Sequence record: SRR20825019_361
Direction: 5' to 3' (one strand)
DNA length: 64,000 nt
Positions 29,543 through 39,658 of this stretch are shown here, in pieces. The position numbers and the translations under genes are program-made. The notes under the pieces were generated by a model that was not told where the DNA came from, made no database searches, and saw only the letters and a program-made list of their open reading frames with translations. Position 1 is the first letter of the stretch, and each line of letters opens with the position of its first letter.

Positions 29543-29615
29543 TTTGAATTAGTTTGAAGCGCAAAAGATACGACTCTTGGTTCAAAAGAAAGCAAAATGA
29601 GACTATAAAATCGGT

Positions 29616-31058
29616 TTAGTATTTTACAAAGACGTTCTTCGCCTCTGTAAAGAAGCGCAATGCATCCCAACCTCCTTCACGTCCAACACCAGATGCTTTT
29701 ACTCCGCCAAACGGCGTTCTGAGATCTCTTACGAGCCAAGAATTGATCCAAACGATCCCAGCATCTAACTCATTTGCCATACGGTGCGCTCTTTTCAAAT
29801 TTGAGGTCCACAGTGTTGCACTTAGTCCGTATACCGTTGAATTCGCCATTTTTAAGACATTCTCTTCAGTGTCGAAAGGAGTGATCGTAACCACAGGCCC
29901 GAAAATCTCTTCTTGGTTTGTTCTGCAATCATAAGCTAGACCTTCAATAACTGTTGGTCGCATGTAATAACCATCAGTATATGGTGCGTCTAGAATCACA
30001 CGTTCTCCACCTGTGAGAACAGTTCCTCCTTCTTGTTTGGCCAATTCAACATACGAAAGCACTTTTTCGAGATGAGGTAATGAGACAACAGCTCCTAAAT
30101 GTGCTTTGGGATCACTTGGATTGGAAACAACGGATTTCGCCACTTTCGCAACGAATGCCTCTTTGAATTTCTCATAAATCGAGCGTTCCACGAAAATACG
30201 TGAGCCGCAAAGACAAATTTGACCTTGGTTTGCAAAAGAAGAGCGCACAGTTGTACTCAGCATATCTTCGAAATCACAATCCGCGAAAATGATATTTGGA
30301 TTTTTACCACCAAGTTCAAGCGATAACTTTTTAAACATCGGAGCAGCTGTTCGAGCGATGTATTCTCCCGTTTTAGTTCCTCCAGTAAATGAAATCGCTT
30401 TTATTTTTGTGTGTTTCACGATGGCGTCTCCAACACTTCCTCCTTCACCGTGAAGAATATTCAGAACTCCAGGAGGCATCCCAGCTTCTTGTGCTACTTT
30501 TCCTAGTAAGTATGCCGTATAAGGTGTAATTTCTGATGGCTTGGCAATCACACAATTTCCTGCAGCGAGTGCCGGTGCAATTTTCCATGAAAAAAGGTAG
30601 AGTGGAAGGTTCCAAGGAGAAATACAACCTACAATTCCTATTGGCTTTCGAAGTGTATAATTCACACCGACGCCTTCCATTTGGTGCGATTCAGAAGCGT
30701 AATGAATAATCGCCGTGGCAAAAAAGTGAAAATTAGAAACGGCTCTTGGGATATCTACGTGTGCCGCAAGACTCAGTGGTTTCCCGTTATCTCTTGATTC
30801 AGCAACTACAAATTCGTCCATGCGTGCTTGGATTCCTTCTGAGAGACGAACCAAAATTGCACTGCGTTCTTCGTTACTCATTCCAGACCAAACAGGAAAT
30901 GCTTTTTCTGCTGCAGTTACTGCTAATTCAACATCTTGTGCGTCAGAATTAGGAATCAGACTGTAGACTTTACCTGTCGCAGGCTCGAAATTATCTATAT
31001 AGTTTCCTGCAATTGGTTCGCAATATTTTCCGTCGATAAAATTTTGTAGCTTTTCCAT
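29616..31058 (-). CDS. Aldehyde dehydrogenase, 2-aminomuconate/2-hydroxymuconate semialdehyde dehydrogenase-like (ALDH8A1-type)
   Basis: ISPWNLPLYL, AISFTGGT, LSLELGGKNP, NQGQICLCGSR, RDLRTPFGG.K.SG.GREGG. Confidence 0.88.
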   Translation of the reverse strand: MEKLQNFIDGKYCEPIAGNYIDNFEPATGKVYSLIPNSDAQDVELAVTAAEKAFPVWSGMSNEERSAILVRLSEGIQARMDEFVVAESRDNGKPLSLAAHVDIPRAVSNFHFFATAIIHYASESHQMEGVGVNYTLRKPIGIVGCISPWNLPLYLFSWKIAPALAAGNCVIAKPSEITPYTAYLLGKVAQEAGMPPGVLNILHGEGGSVGDAIVKHTKIKAISFTGGTKTGEYIARTAAPMFKKLSLELGGKNPNIIFADCDFEDMLSTTVRSSFANQGQICLCGSRIFVERSIYEKFKEAFVAKVAKSVVSNPSDPKAHLGAVVSLPHLEKVLSYVELAKQEGGTVLTGGERVILDAPYTDGYYMRPTVIEGLAYDCRTNQEEIFGPVVTITPFDTEENVLKMANSTVYGLSATLWTSNLKRAHRMANELDAGIVWINSWLVRDLRTPFGGVKASGVGREGGWDALRFFTEAKNVFVKY

Positions 31059-31062
31059 GGTG

Positions 31063-31070
31063 TAAAATTA
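31063..31070 (-). promoter_or_regulatory. Variant -7 element TAATTTTA, 4 nt before the ATG
   Basis: TAATTTTA-CACC-ATG. Confidence 0.45.
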
Positions 31071-31078
31071 GGTAAAGA

Positions 31079-33316
31079 TCAGTTGAGAACAGTCACTAAC
31101 TCATCAGAGAATCGGAGCATTTCCTTAACATCCTCTGTTTTAGCAATTCGGAGTGTTTTAAAAATGATCAACGCTTTACCGTTGCATTCGATATGATACA
31201 CTTGCTCACGTTCGAAGAAACGAATTATTTGTGGAGTAAAAAGTGCTCGAATTTCATCCAAATTTTCTCCTCTAAGTCGAATTTTACTCGAGAATTCAGG
31301 AAAATCGACAAAATCGATGTCTTTCTGCCCTGAAAATGCTAGAACGCGGTCAAAAATCCGATCAAAAATGTCTTCTTGATCCATAACGAAGCTCGGAAGT
31401 GTTTTAGGTAAATGGAGCAATTGAACAGTTGTTTTGTACACTTCCTTGGAGAGCATAGCACCTTCATCAAAGATAATGTCGCTTAATTCCCAGTCTACTT
31501 TTGATTGAGTAAACTCGCCAGAAACGATGTTTAGTTTGCGTTCAAGCGGTCGCGATCGGAAGAAGTTAAATTCTAATAATTCGCTAGAATCTACTTGTTC
31601 TTCCCGTGCATAGTGCCAATTATGATTTACGGCCAATTGCTTGAGGCGTTGTTCACGCTGTGAAAGTTTTTGGTAATTCGGACGAATGAGTGTTTTTAGG
31701 GCGAGACGATGGTTAGTGGAAGCAATGTGCTCATCTAATCCCGAGATTTGAACGCGTCCTCCCGTCAATCGATGTGACGCTCTAAATTCCATTAGCTTTT
31801 CTTGGAAGGTCAGGTCAACCAAACGCGTTTTTGATAGGTCAATTTTAACATCAACGCCCGCAGGGATGGTATCAAGAATGTTGATCAACTTTAAAAGAGT
31901 AAGAAAGTTTGCAACGCCTTTTACACGAAGAAAATAGCTTCCGTCCTTGTTTTCTTTCAGATGAGTTCCAGATTTAAAAACCATCTGAACAAACTGTGGA
32001 ATGGAAAGTCTTGAAATGAGTAGATGTGCGATCAAGGTGATTGCGATTCCTCCAAGGATTCCAAAAAGTGGATTTTTGTAGAGCGTAATAATAATTGTTG
32101 CGAGAAAGAAGACCATTTGCTCGAGTCCGTGATCATAAACTTCTTTAAAAACTCGCGGAGAAGCTAATTTCACTCCGGTGACAACTAAGACTGCTGCGAG
32201 TGCTGCAACTGGAAACAGCTGAATTACAGGAGTCAATAAGAGAATGAACAGTAGAATGAAAATACCATGATAAAAATTCGCCCATTTTGTTTTCGCTCCG
32301 TTGTGAACATTTACGGTACTTCTTACGATTACATTTAGAACAGGAAGCCCCCCGACAAAACCAGAAATCATGCTCGCAATTCCTACGGCGGTGAGATCTT
32401 TATTCAAGTTTGTTTTACGCTTGTACGGGTCGAGTTTATCAATTGCCTTGGCTGCGGCGAGGGTAATCACCGTCGAAATCAAATTAATTGAAATCACAGC
32501 AATCCAGAACGGACCAGTGGTAATTTTTGAAAAGTCAGGTAAAACGAGGTGATCCATCCAATCACTTGGAACATCTATCAAATAGTCGTTTGGTGCTTTA
32601 AATTGTTTTCCAAAAACGGCAATTTCGTTCGTTTCCAAGTATCCATAAAGTAAAACAATAGGAACGGCAATGGCAAGAACCCACACAGGCGCAGGAATAA
32701 AGTGAAATGCCTTGTAGCTTATTTTTGCATGAAAGATGAGCAGCAAGATTCCAATTCCAGAAATCAGTGCGATAAATGGGTCAATCTCTGGGATTTTTGC
32801 GAAAATATCTTGAATGATTTCAATGGTATTGGTACCGTCTGATGTGGTTCCCATCGCCACATGCGTCTGTTTAGCAAATATGATGATTCCAATCGATGCT
32901 AGTACTCCCTGAATAACCGAAGTAGGGAAGATCTCGGCAATTCGACCAAAGCGAAGAAGCCCAATAGCCGTCTGAATCGCCCCTGCAACCACAATTGCTC
33001 CTAGGACGTATTGGAATGCTTTCAATGGGCCACTTCCGTCGTCAAGAGCAACCACCGATGCGGCAATTATGGCAATTAAGCCCGCCGCTGGACCATTAAT
33101 AGTTAAATATCCGCTTCGAAAAAAAGTGGTGAAAATACCTGCAATAACAGCGGTGATTAACCCAGAAATAGGAGGTACTCCCATCCCTTTTGCAATTGCC
33201 AAAGAGAGGGGTAAAGTAACGAGCGAAACACTTACCGCAGCTACTATGTCGTTTTTCCAATGTTTCTTAAATCCTTTCCAGCCAGTTAAGGGTATTTCCT
33301 CTTGGGATGAAGCCAT
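31079..33316 (-). CDS. SulP family anion transporter with a STAS-like domain and C-terminal extension
   Basis: LVTLPLSLAIA..GVPP.SGL, INGPAAGL, GGLP...VIVRSTVN. Confidence 0.88.
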   Translation of the reverse strand: MASSQEEIPLTGWKGFKKHWKNDIVAAVSVSLVTLPLSLAIAKGMGVPPISGLITAVIAGIFTTFFRSGYLTINGPAAGLIAIIAASVVALDDGSGPLKAFQYVLGAIVVAGAIQTAIGLLRFGRIAEIFPTSVIQGVLASIGIIIFAKQTHVAMGTTSDGTNTIEIIQDIFAKIPEIDPFIALISGIGILLLIFHAKISYKAFHFIPAPVWVLAIAVPIVLLYGYLETNEIAVFGKQFKAPNDYLIDVPSDWMDHLVLPDFSKITTGPFWIAVISINLISTVITLAAAKAIDKLDPYKRKTNLNKDLTAVGIASMISGFVGGLPVLNVIVRSTVNVHNGAKTKWANFYHGIFILLFILLLTPVIQLFPVAALAAVLVVTGVKLASPRVFKEVYDHGLEQMVFFLATIIITLYKNPLFGILGGIAITLIAHLLISRLSIPQFVQMVFKSGTHLKENKDGSYFLRVKGVANFLTLLKLINILDTIPAGVDVKIDLSKTRLVDLTFQEKLMEFRASHRLTGGRVQISGLDEHIASTNHRLALKTLIRPNYQKLSQREQRLKQLAVNHNWHYAREEQVDSSELLEFNFFRSRPLERKLNIVSGEFTQSKVDWELSDIIFDEGAMLSKEVYKTTVQLLHLPKTLPSFVMDQEDIFDRIFDRVLAFSGQKDIDFVDFPEFSSKIRLRGENLDEIRALFTPQIIRFFEREQVYHIECNGKALIIFKTLRIAKTEDVKEMLRFSDELVTVLN

Positions 33317-33335
33317 GTAGTTTTTTTAGTGAGCC

Positions 33336-36143
33336 TTAATATCGCAATTCTTTTCCTTTTACCGTTGCTGGAATTCCTTCAATCAGCCATTGGGGTGCTT
33401 CTTTCCCCAGTAGATAATGGTCGAAAAATTGACGCATTCGGATGCTGAGATCCATGCGATTTGCATTTTGCATTAAGTTGTGTTCTTCGCCGTTATAGTT
33501 GAGTAACCAAGCTTCTTTCCCGAGTCGTTTTAGCCCAGTAAATAACTCTATTCCTTGATACCATGGAACAGCTCCATCGTTATCGTTGTGCATGATGAGC
33601 AAAGGTGTTTCAACTTTAGGTAAATGAAATTGAGGTGAGTTTTCAACGTATAAATCAGGTCGTTCCCAAATGGTATAACCAATTCTACTTTGTGTTTTTT
33701 CGTATTGGAATTGACGGTTCAAACCACTTCCCCAACGAATTCCGCCATAAGCAGAGAACATATTAGTTACTGGAGCACCTGCCATAGCAGCTTTGTAACG
33801 ATTTGTCATCGTAACTAACTGTGCGGTTTGATATCCTCCCCAAGATTGACCTTGCAACGCCATTCGGGTAGAATCGATGTTCGGATATAGCTCAAGAACT
33901 TTGTCAGTTCCGCTTAAAATACAATCATACGCCGATTGTGCAGGGTGTCCTGGTCTGTAACGAATGTCTGGAATGAAGATAACGTATCCAGCGGAAGCAT
34001 ATTCTGTCGGGTAAACAATTGATGCCGTTGGTTTCGGAATGTAATGTTGGTGAAAACGATCTGAATAGAGTTCATAAAAATAAACCATGAGAGGATACTG
34101 TTTTGTAGCGTCGAAACTCGTTGGTTTATAAAGTAATCCTTCAAGATCGATTCCGTCGTAGCTCGTCCATTTGACTAATTCAACAGTTCCCCATTCGTAT
34201 TCGCTTTGTTGAGGATTTGTAGTAGAAATGCGTTTTGTTAATGTAAAATCGAAATTCGCTAGGTAAACCTCTGGATAATCGATAAACGTCATTTTCCGAC
34301 CGATGATTTGCGATTTGTCTTTTGATCGCGTCATTCCGTAAACTTCTGCGTTGTATGAGGTTCCTTCTAATAGATCAGAATGACTTCCATGATCTTTTAT
34401 TGAGTAAAAGTGCGTGCCTTTCGTAATTCTGTTGAATCCTTGAATGTAGTAGTTGTCAAAATCGACGTATACGCTATCGTAGGACCAAGCGCGTGGTCTT
34501 AATTCGATCTTTTCTTTACTTCCTTCTTCGGCAGTAACTGAAGCTACTTTTCCTGTAGAAAACTCATATTCCCAAATGTCAAATTCACTTTGGAGGTAGA
34601 CTTTGTCTTCGCCTTTTTTCCAGCCAACAACTCCCAAAGGATAAGCTTTCATTGGCATCCCGTTTATATCTCCCACCCAAGAAACATTATCGATAGTACA
34701 TGAAATACATTTTTCTTTCATGGTTTTCACATCGATCGAGTAGTAATTATCCAATTCCGAGTTGAAATAAACGATGTGGTTGTTTGCGGGAGAAAGACTC
34801 ACTCCGAATTCAGCTGCACGTTTTACCAATGTTGGTTCGCCTGTAGTTCCAGAAACGAGATAGTAATCTTCTAAATTTGGAGTGTCCCAATTGTAAGTAT
34901 GCGCATATTTTTCTGTGCTCATTCCAAGGTAGAAATGATCTGTGCCTTGATTTTCATCCCATTCAATTGTATTGGTTGTGTAGATTGAGAGAGTATCATC
35001 TCCAAGCTGTACAATTTTGTCCTCCGAAATTCGGTAGACGAATAAATCCGTTTTTCGTTCATCGCGCTTTAGCTCCAATAATTGTTGCGGTTGAAGTCGT
35101 TGATCAGCATGGTGCCAAAGATCGAGTTTCACTTTCTCGGATTCAATGAGCGTATCTTTTGGCTCTTCCTTTTGTCGCTCGGATACTCCAAAATAGATTA
35201 CTTCACCTCCTTTTGTGAAACGCGGGGAGTAGTTTTCAGAAACGCCATCAGTTTTAGGAAATGAAGCACTGGTTGTATCGGCAATCACACGAAGTTTATT
35301 CGTGCTCAGGTCATATAGTTGGAGGGAATAGTGTTTCACTTTTGAAGTGTCGCCAGAAGAAAGAAATGCGAGCATAGATTCTCCTTCGTTTAACGTGTAT
35401 TTTGGAAGTGAGTGATATGCGCTTCCTATAGATGTTGTTGTTTTGTTCGGTATAGAATAGAGATTCAGTTGAATAGAATCGACTTTATTGAAGATCCGTT
35501 GTGTTGTAAAAGCAACGTGATTGGCATTTTTCGAAAGCTCGCTAGATTGAACATTTTCGAATTGTACTTTTTCGTTTGAGATGGGGTTGTAAATACTCAA
35601 AACGTGCCCTTTGGAGGTAAAAGCAGGCTGCTCTTCCTTTTTGCATTTGAACCATTTTTTCTTCTTTTTCCCTTCTTTTTGATCCATTTTGTTTTCACCA
35701 CTCATGAAGGTCATCCAGTTCGATTCGTCGTTTAGTGAAAATCCAGTGACGTTGCTAAACTTTAGGATCGAATCAGTATCCAAAAGGTAAATTCCAAGGG
35801 AATCCTTTGGCCATAATTTTTTGTCGACCTTATTTAATTCGCAGGTACGAAGTGTATCATAACCTGGAGTAATTTTAAATGCCAAGTATCCATTATTTCC
35901 TGAAAATGTAGCGTTAACAGCACGTGGAATGGAGTCTAGTTTGTCTTTTTTGACCGAATAGAGGTACAAATATCCATCTCCTTGATGCGGTTTGATTTCA
36001 TAGGAAATGAAATTCCCGTCATTGGAGACGTGATGATTTTCGATGTGCTTCCAGTCGTTGTAAACAGAAGGATTTAGCTCTTTTAGTTGTGCACTTGCTT
36101 GATAAGAAAAAAGGAATGCAAGAAGGAATAGAAATAACTTCAT
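33336..36143 (-). CDS. S9 family (prolyl oligopeptidase-like) serine peptidase
   Basis: Signal peptide; GQSWGGY nucleophile elbow, HNDNDGAVP (Asp), GEEH (His). Confidence 0.93.
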   Translation of the reverse strand: MKLFLFLLAFLFSYQASAQLKELNPSVYNDWKHIENHHVSNDGNFISYEIKPHQGDGYLYLYSVKKDKLDSIPRAVNATFSGNNGYLAFKITPGYDTLRTCELNKVDKKLWPKDSLGIYLLDTDSILKFSNVTGFSLNDESNWMTFMSGENKMDQKEGKKKKKWFKCKKEEQPAFTSKGHVLSIYNPISNEKVQFENVQSSELSKNANHVAFTTQRIFNKVDSIQLNLYSIPNKTTTSIGSAYHSLPKYTLNEGESMLAFLSSGDTSKVKHYSLQLYDLSTNKLRVIADTTSASFPKTDGVSENYSPRFTKGGEVIYFGVSERQKEEPKDTLIESEKVKLDLWHHADQRLQPQQLLELKRDERKTDLFVYRISEDKIVQLGDDTLSIYTTNTIEWDENQGTDHFYLGMSTEKYAHTYNWDTPNLEDYYLVSGTTGEPTLVKRAAEFGVSLSPANNHIVYFNSELDNYYSIDVKTMKEKCISCTIDNVSWVGDINGMPMKAYPLGVVGWKKGEDKVYLQSEFDIWEYEFSTGKVASVTAEEGSKEKIELRPRAWSYDSVYVDFDNYYIQGFNRITKGTHFYSIKDHGSHSDLLEGTSYNAEVYGMTRSKDKSQIIGRKMTFIDYPEVYLANFDFTLTKRISTTNPQQSEYEWGTVELVKWTSYDGIDLEGLLYKPTSFDATKQYPLMVYFYELYSDRFHQHYIPKPTASIVYPTEYASAGYVIFIPDIRYRPGHPAQSAYDCILSGTDKVLELYPNIDSTRMALQGQSWGGYQTAQLVTMTNRYKAAMAGAPVTNMFSAYGGIRWGSGLNRQFQYEKTQSRIGYTIWERPDLYVENSPQFHLPKVETPLLIMHNDNDGAVPWYQGIELFTGLKRLGKEAWLLNYNGEEHNLMQNANRMDLSIRMRQFFDHYLLGKEAPQWLIEGIPATVKGKELRY

Positions 36144-36228
36144 TTAGAAATGGTTTAAGTTGTAAAGTTAATAACCTTGGAGGGAAAATGGGGTTTTAGC
36201 GACTGCTAATCGCTGATTTCTTGTGTCT

Positions 36229-37356
36229 TCAGTCCAAAAATAACTCGGAAGCAATGTAGTCTGCGCGGAGTTTTCCCTGCTTGGTTAGCACCCATTTATC
36301 ACCTGTTTCTACTACCATCCAACCTTGTTCAATAAATGATTGTGCGCGGGCAAGAGTTTCTTGAGGAATAGGTTGTAAATGGTTTAATTCCGATGTCGAA
36401 ACACCATAAATTGTTCTCAAACCCGTTAAAATTCGTTCGTTGAATTGATCTTTTAACGAGAGAACTTCTATTTCAAAATTGGGATCGTTGGATGAAATCG
36501 CCTGAATATATTTTCGATTATGTGCTACATTCCAGCTTCGAGATACGGTATTAAAAGAATGTGCTGATGGCCCAATTCCGAGGTATTTTTCCCCTTTCCA
36601 ATAATTAGAGTTATGCTGAGATTCGTGGCCTGCTCGTGCAAAATTCGAAATTTCGTATTGATCGAATCCATTTTTTTCAAGGGTTTCCAAGAGAATCATA
36701 AACTGTCGACTTTGCTGATCTTCATTGGCTGGAATCATTTTCCCTTTTTTTATCCAAGCGTGAAGTGGAGTCTTTTCTTCAATGGTCAAACAATACGCCG
36801 AAATATGATTCACCCCCATATCTACGACCTTTTGAATATGATTTTTCCATTCTTCATCCGTTAAGTTTGGAAGACCATACATTAAATCCACTGTTAAGTG
36901 TTCGAACCCAGCTTCTTTAGCAAGAGACACGCATTGTTCAGATTCTTCAGCGGTATGCGCTCGATTCATCCATTCTAGGTCGGCCGATTTGAACGACTGT
37001 AGACCAATACTGAGGCGATTAATCTTCGCGGATTCCCACATTTTTAAGGAAGTCGGAGAAATATCATCAGGATTTGCTTCTAAAGTGATTTCTAGTTCTT
37101 TTTCGAGCTGAAAATGAGTCGAAATTGTAGTGAGAATGGACGTAATTTCATCTTCATTCAAGATACTCGGAGTTCCACCGCCAAAATAAATTGTTCTAAT
37201 TTTCTCTCCTTCGAGGTATGCTTTGCGAAGCGCAATTTCGTTGTTCAAGCAGTCGAGGAGTTCTGCACGATAGGCTTCGAAAGTGGTGCTAAAGTGAAAA
37301 TCACAATAACTGCACTGCTTTTTGCAAAAGGGTATATGAATGTAGATTCCTGCCAC
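36229..37356 (-). CDS. hemW: Radical SAM heme chaperone HemW
   Basis: YIHIPFCKKQCSYCDF, TIYFGGGTPS, YEISNFA, HNSNYW; GTG start. Confidence 0.93.
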   Translation of the reverse strand: MAGIYIHIPFCKKQCSYCDFHFSTTFEAYRAELLDCLNNEIALRKAYLEGEKIRTIYFGGGTPSILNEDEITSILTTISTHFQLEKELEITLEANPDDISPTSLKMWESAKINRLSIGLQSFKSADLEWMNRAHTAEESEQCVSLAKEAGFEHLTVDLMYGLPNLTDEEWKNHIQKVVDMGVNHISAYCLTIEEKTPLHAWIKKGKMIPANEDQQSRQFMILLETLEKNGFDQYEISNFARAGHESQHNSNYWKGEKYLGIGPSAHSFNTVSRSWNVAHNRKYIQAISSNDPNFEIEVLSLKDQFNERILTGLRTIYGVSTSELNHLQPIPQETLARAQSFIEQGWMVVETGDKWVLTKQGKLRADYIASELFLD

Positions 37357-37360
37357 TGCT

Positions 37361-37368
37361 CAAAATTA
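37361..37368 (-). promoter_or_regulatory. -7 element TAATTTTG, 4 nt before the hemW GTG
   Basis: TAATTTTG-AGCA-GTG, exact consensus. Confidence 0.65.
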
Positions 37369-37451
37369 CAGAATACTTTCTGCCAAATCATTGTTAATTC
37401 CTATCAATTGAATTTGTTTGATATAGTTTTTTTACTACATTGGATGAAGTT

Positions 37452-37802
37452 ATGAGTTTCGACAGACATAAACAGCTTTTGAATAAAGAATTGGATCAAT
37501 TCAATTCTTTGCTCAGCGAGATATTGCCTCGTTACGTCTACCTTACACAAAAAAAGGAATCGACAACTGAAGAAACAAAGGAGCTCGGGGATATTGAGCA
37601 TTTCTTAATAGAGGTAAACGCTAAAATCGCCGAAATTAAAAACAAACTTGATCAGGATTTGTTTGGTGAAACAATGGATTTCTATTACAAAGTGAAAGCT
37701 GAGGCAGCCCAGGGTGACGAACAAGCACAAGAGCGATTAATTCGGCTTAAAAAATCATTGAAAGAATCCATTCAGGGAGATACATTCTTCAACTGGAATT
37801 AA
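37452..37802 (+). CDS. Hypothetical alpha-helical protein
   Basis: Clean ORF filling the gap divergent from hemW; ATG 37452. Confidence 0.75.
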   Translation: MSFDRHKQLLNKELDQFNSLLSEILPRYVYLTQKKESTTEETKELGDIEHFLIEVNAKIAEIKNKLDQDLFGETMDFYYKVKAEAAQGDEQAQERLIRLKKSLKESIQGDTFFNWN

Positions 37803-37829
37803 TTTGACTTTCTTATGGCCTAGACGTTT

Positions 37830-37886
37830 GTAGCTTAGCTTTTTTGTAGCTTAGCTTTTTTGTGGACTGAGCGGAGTCGAAGCCCA
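37830..37886. repeat. Two 16-bp tandem repeats followed by a REP-like palindrome
   Basis: (gtagcttagctttttt)x2 then gtggact-gagcggagtcga-agccca; 17-bp core identical to the ileS copy. Confidence 0.75.
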
Positions 37887-37913
37887 AAAAAAAGGACACC
37901 TCTCGATGTCCTT
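37886..37913 (-). terminator. Intrinsic terminator of the ALDH7 gene
   Basis: AAGGACATC-GAGA-GGTGTCCTT followed by a T run on the minus strand. Confidence 0.85.
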
Positions 37914-37935
37914 CTTAAAATTTATATGCAGTTTC

Positions 37936-39492
37936 CTACAGTTCGAATTTAATTCCCTGCGCAAGTGGCAATGAATCAGTATAGTTTATTGTGTTTGTTT
38001 GACGACGCATATATACTTTCCAAGCATCTGATCCAGACTCACGTCCACCACCAGTTTCCTTTTCTCCTCCAAAAGCACCACCAATTTCAGCACCAGAAGT
38101 TCCGATGTTTACGTTGGCAATTCCGCAATCAGATCCTGCTACAGACAAGAATTTCTCTGATTCTTGGATCAATCCTGTCATAATCGAAGAAGAAAGTCCT
38201 TGTGGAACATCGTTTTGCATTTTAATTGCATTTTCAACACTTCCGCTGTATTTCATGATATATAAAATAGGCGCGAACGTTTCGTGTTGTACAATTTGCA
38301 TTTCGTTTTTCGCTTCAACGATTGCAGGTTTAACGTAGCATCCAGATTCGTATCCTTCACCTGTTAACACACCACCTTCTACGATGATATTGGCACCTTC
38401 AGCTTTTGCTTGTTCCAATGCTTTCAAGTACATATCAACTGCATCCTTATCGATAAGCGGACCAACGTGGTTTTTCTCATCTAATGGATTTCCAATTTTC
38501 AATTGTGGGTAAGCATTTACGATTGCGTTTTTCACTTTATCATAAACTTCCTCGTGAATCAACAAACGACGTGTTGATGTACAACGTTGTCCACATGTTC
38601 CAACTGCTCCGAAAACCGCTCCTGGTACAACGATGTTTAAATCAGCTGTTGGAGTGATGATGATTGCATTGTTTCCACCTAACTCAAGAAGTGATTTCCC
38701 AAGTCTTGCACCAACTGCAGCGCTCACAGATTTCCCCATGCGCGTAGAACCAGTTGCTGATACTAAAGGAACGCGTTTATCTTCAGCCATTAATTTTCCA
38801 ATCTCAGCACCACCGATGATAAGTCCAGAAACTCCTTCAGGAACTCCATTTGCTTCAAATACTTGTTTTGTAATTTGTTGACAAGCGATCGCAGTAATTG
38901 GTGCTTTTTCAGATGGTTTCCAAACACAAACGTCACCACAAACCCATGCAAGGGCTGTATTCCAATTCCAAACCGCTACTGGAAAGTTAAACGCCGAAAT
39001 AATTCCAACGATTCCAAGTGGATGGTATTGCTCGTACATTCTGTGTCCTGGACGCTCAGAGTGCATTGTTAAACCGTGTAGTTGACGAGAAAGTCCAACT
39101 GCGAAATCACAAATGTCAATCATTTCTTGAACCTCACCCAAACCTTCTTGAAGCGATTTCCCCATTTCATACGAAACGAGTTTTCCAAGCTGCATTTTAT
39201 ATTCTCTTAATTTCTCTGCAAGTTGACGAACTACTTCACCTCTTCTTGGTGCTGGCCACATTTTCCAATCATTGAAAGCCAATTGCGCTTGTTTAATAAC
39301 TGCATCATAATCGCTAGCCGTTGCCGAGTTAACCGTAGCAATAACGTTTCCGTCTACAGGAGAAATAGATTCAATTTTCTCTCCAGTTGTGTTCATCCAA
39401 TGCGAACCAGTAGATGCTCCTCCATTCACAGAATCAACACCAAGTTGATTCAAAATCTCTTTAATTCCTAGATCTGTTAATACTTCAGCCAT
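37936..39492 (-). CDS. ALDH7/antiquitin-family dehydrogenase (alpha-aminoadipic semialdehyde / piperideine-6-carboxylate dehydrogenase-like)
   Basis: GEVQEMIDICDFAVGLSRQL, SAFNFPVAVW, GQRCTSTRRL, SGAEIGGAFGGEKETGGGRESGSD. Confidence 0.92.
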   Translation of the reverse strand: MAEVLTDLGIKEILNQLGVDSVNGGASTGSHWMNTTGEKIESISPVDGNVIATVNSATASDYDAVIKQAQLAFNDWKMWPAPRRGEVVRQLAEKLREYKMQLGKLVSYEMGKSLQEGLGEVQEMIDICDFAVGLSRQLHGLTMHSERPGHRMYEQYHPLGIVGIISAFNFPVAVWNWNTALAWVCGDVCVWKPSEKAPITAIACQQITKQVFEANGVPEGVSGLIIGGAEIGKLMAEDKRVPLVSATGSTRMGKSVSAAVGARLGKSLLELGGNNAIIITPTADLNIVVPGAVFGAVGTCGQRCTSTRRLLIHEEVYDKVKNAIVNAYPQLKIGNPLDEKNHVGPLIDKDAVDMYLKALEQAKAEGANIIVEGGVLTGEGYESGCYVKPAIVEAKNEMQIVQHETFAPILYIMKYSGSVENAIKMQNDVPQGLSSSIMTGLIQESEKFLSVAGSDCGIANVNIGTSGAEIGGAFGGEKETGGGRESGSDAWKVYMRRQTNTINYTDSLPLAQGIKFEL

Positions 39493-39524
39493 TCTATATC
39501 TATGTTAAATTATTATTCGTGGCA

Positions 39525-39532
39525 CAAAATTA
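39525..39532 (-). promoter_or_regulatory. -7 element TAATTTTG for the ALDH7 gene
   Basis: Exact consensus 32 nt upstream of the ATG. Confidence 0.6.
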
Positions 39533-39658
39533 CGTTAAAAATATTGGACTTTTGGAGATAGATGCTCCCGATCGTCAATTCTAAGTGCTTCGATTACCGT
39601 TTGTCAAAATAAATGTTGCTTGAATCAATATCATTTTTACCTTTTCACAAAAAAGGAA

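Noticed and set aside
37827-37862. Tandem repeats here and in ileS as CRISPR-like arrays
   Set aside because: No unique spacers, units too short, and no cas genes.
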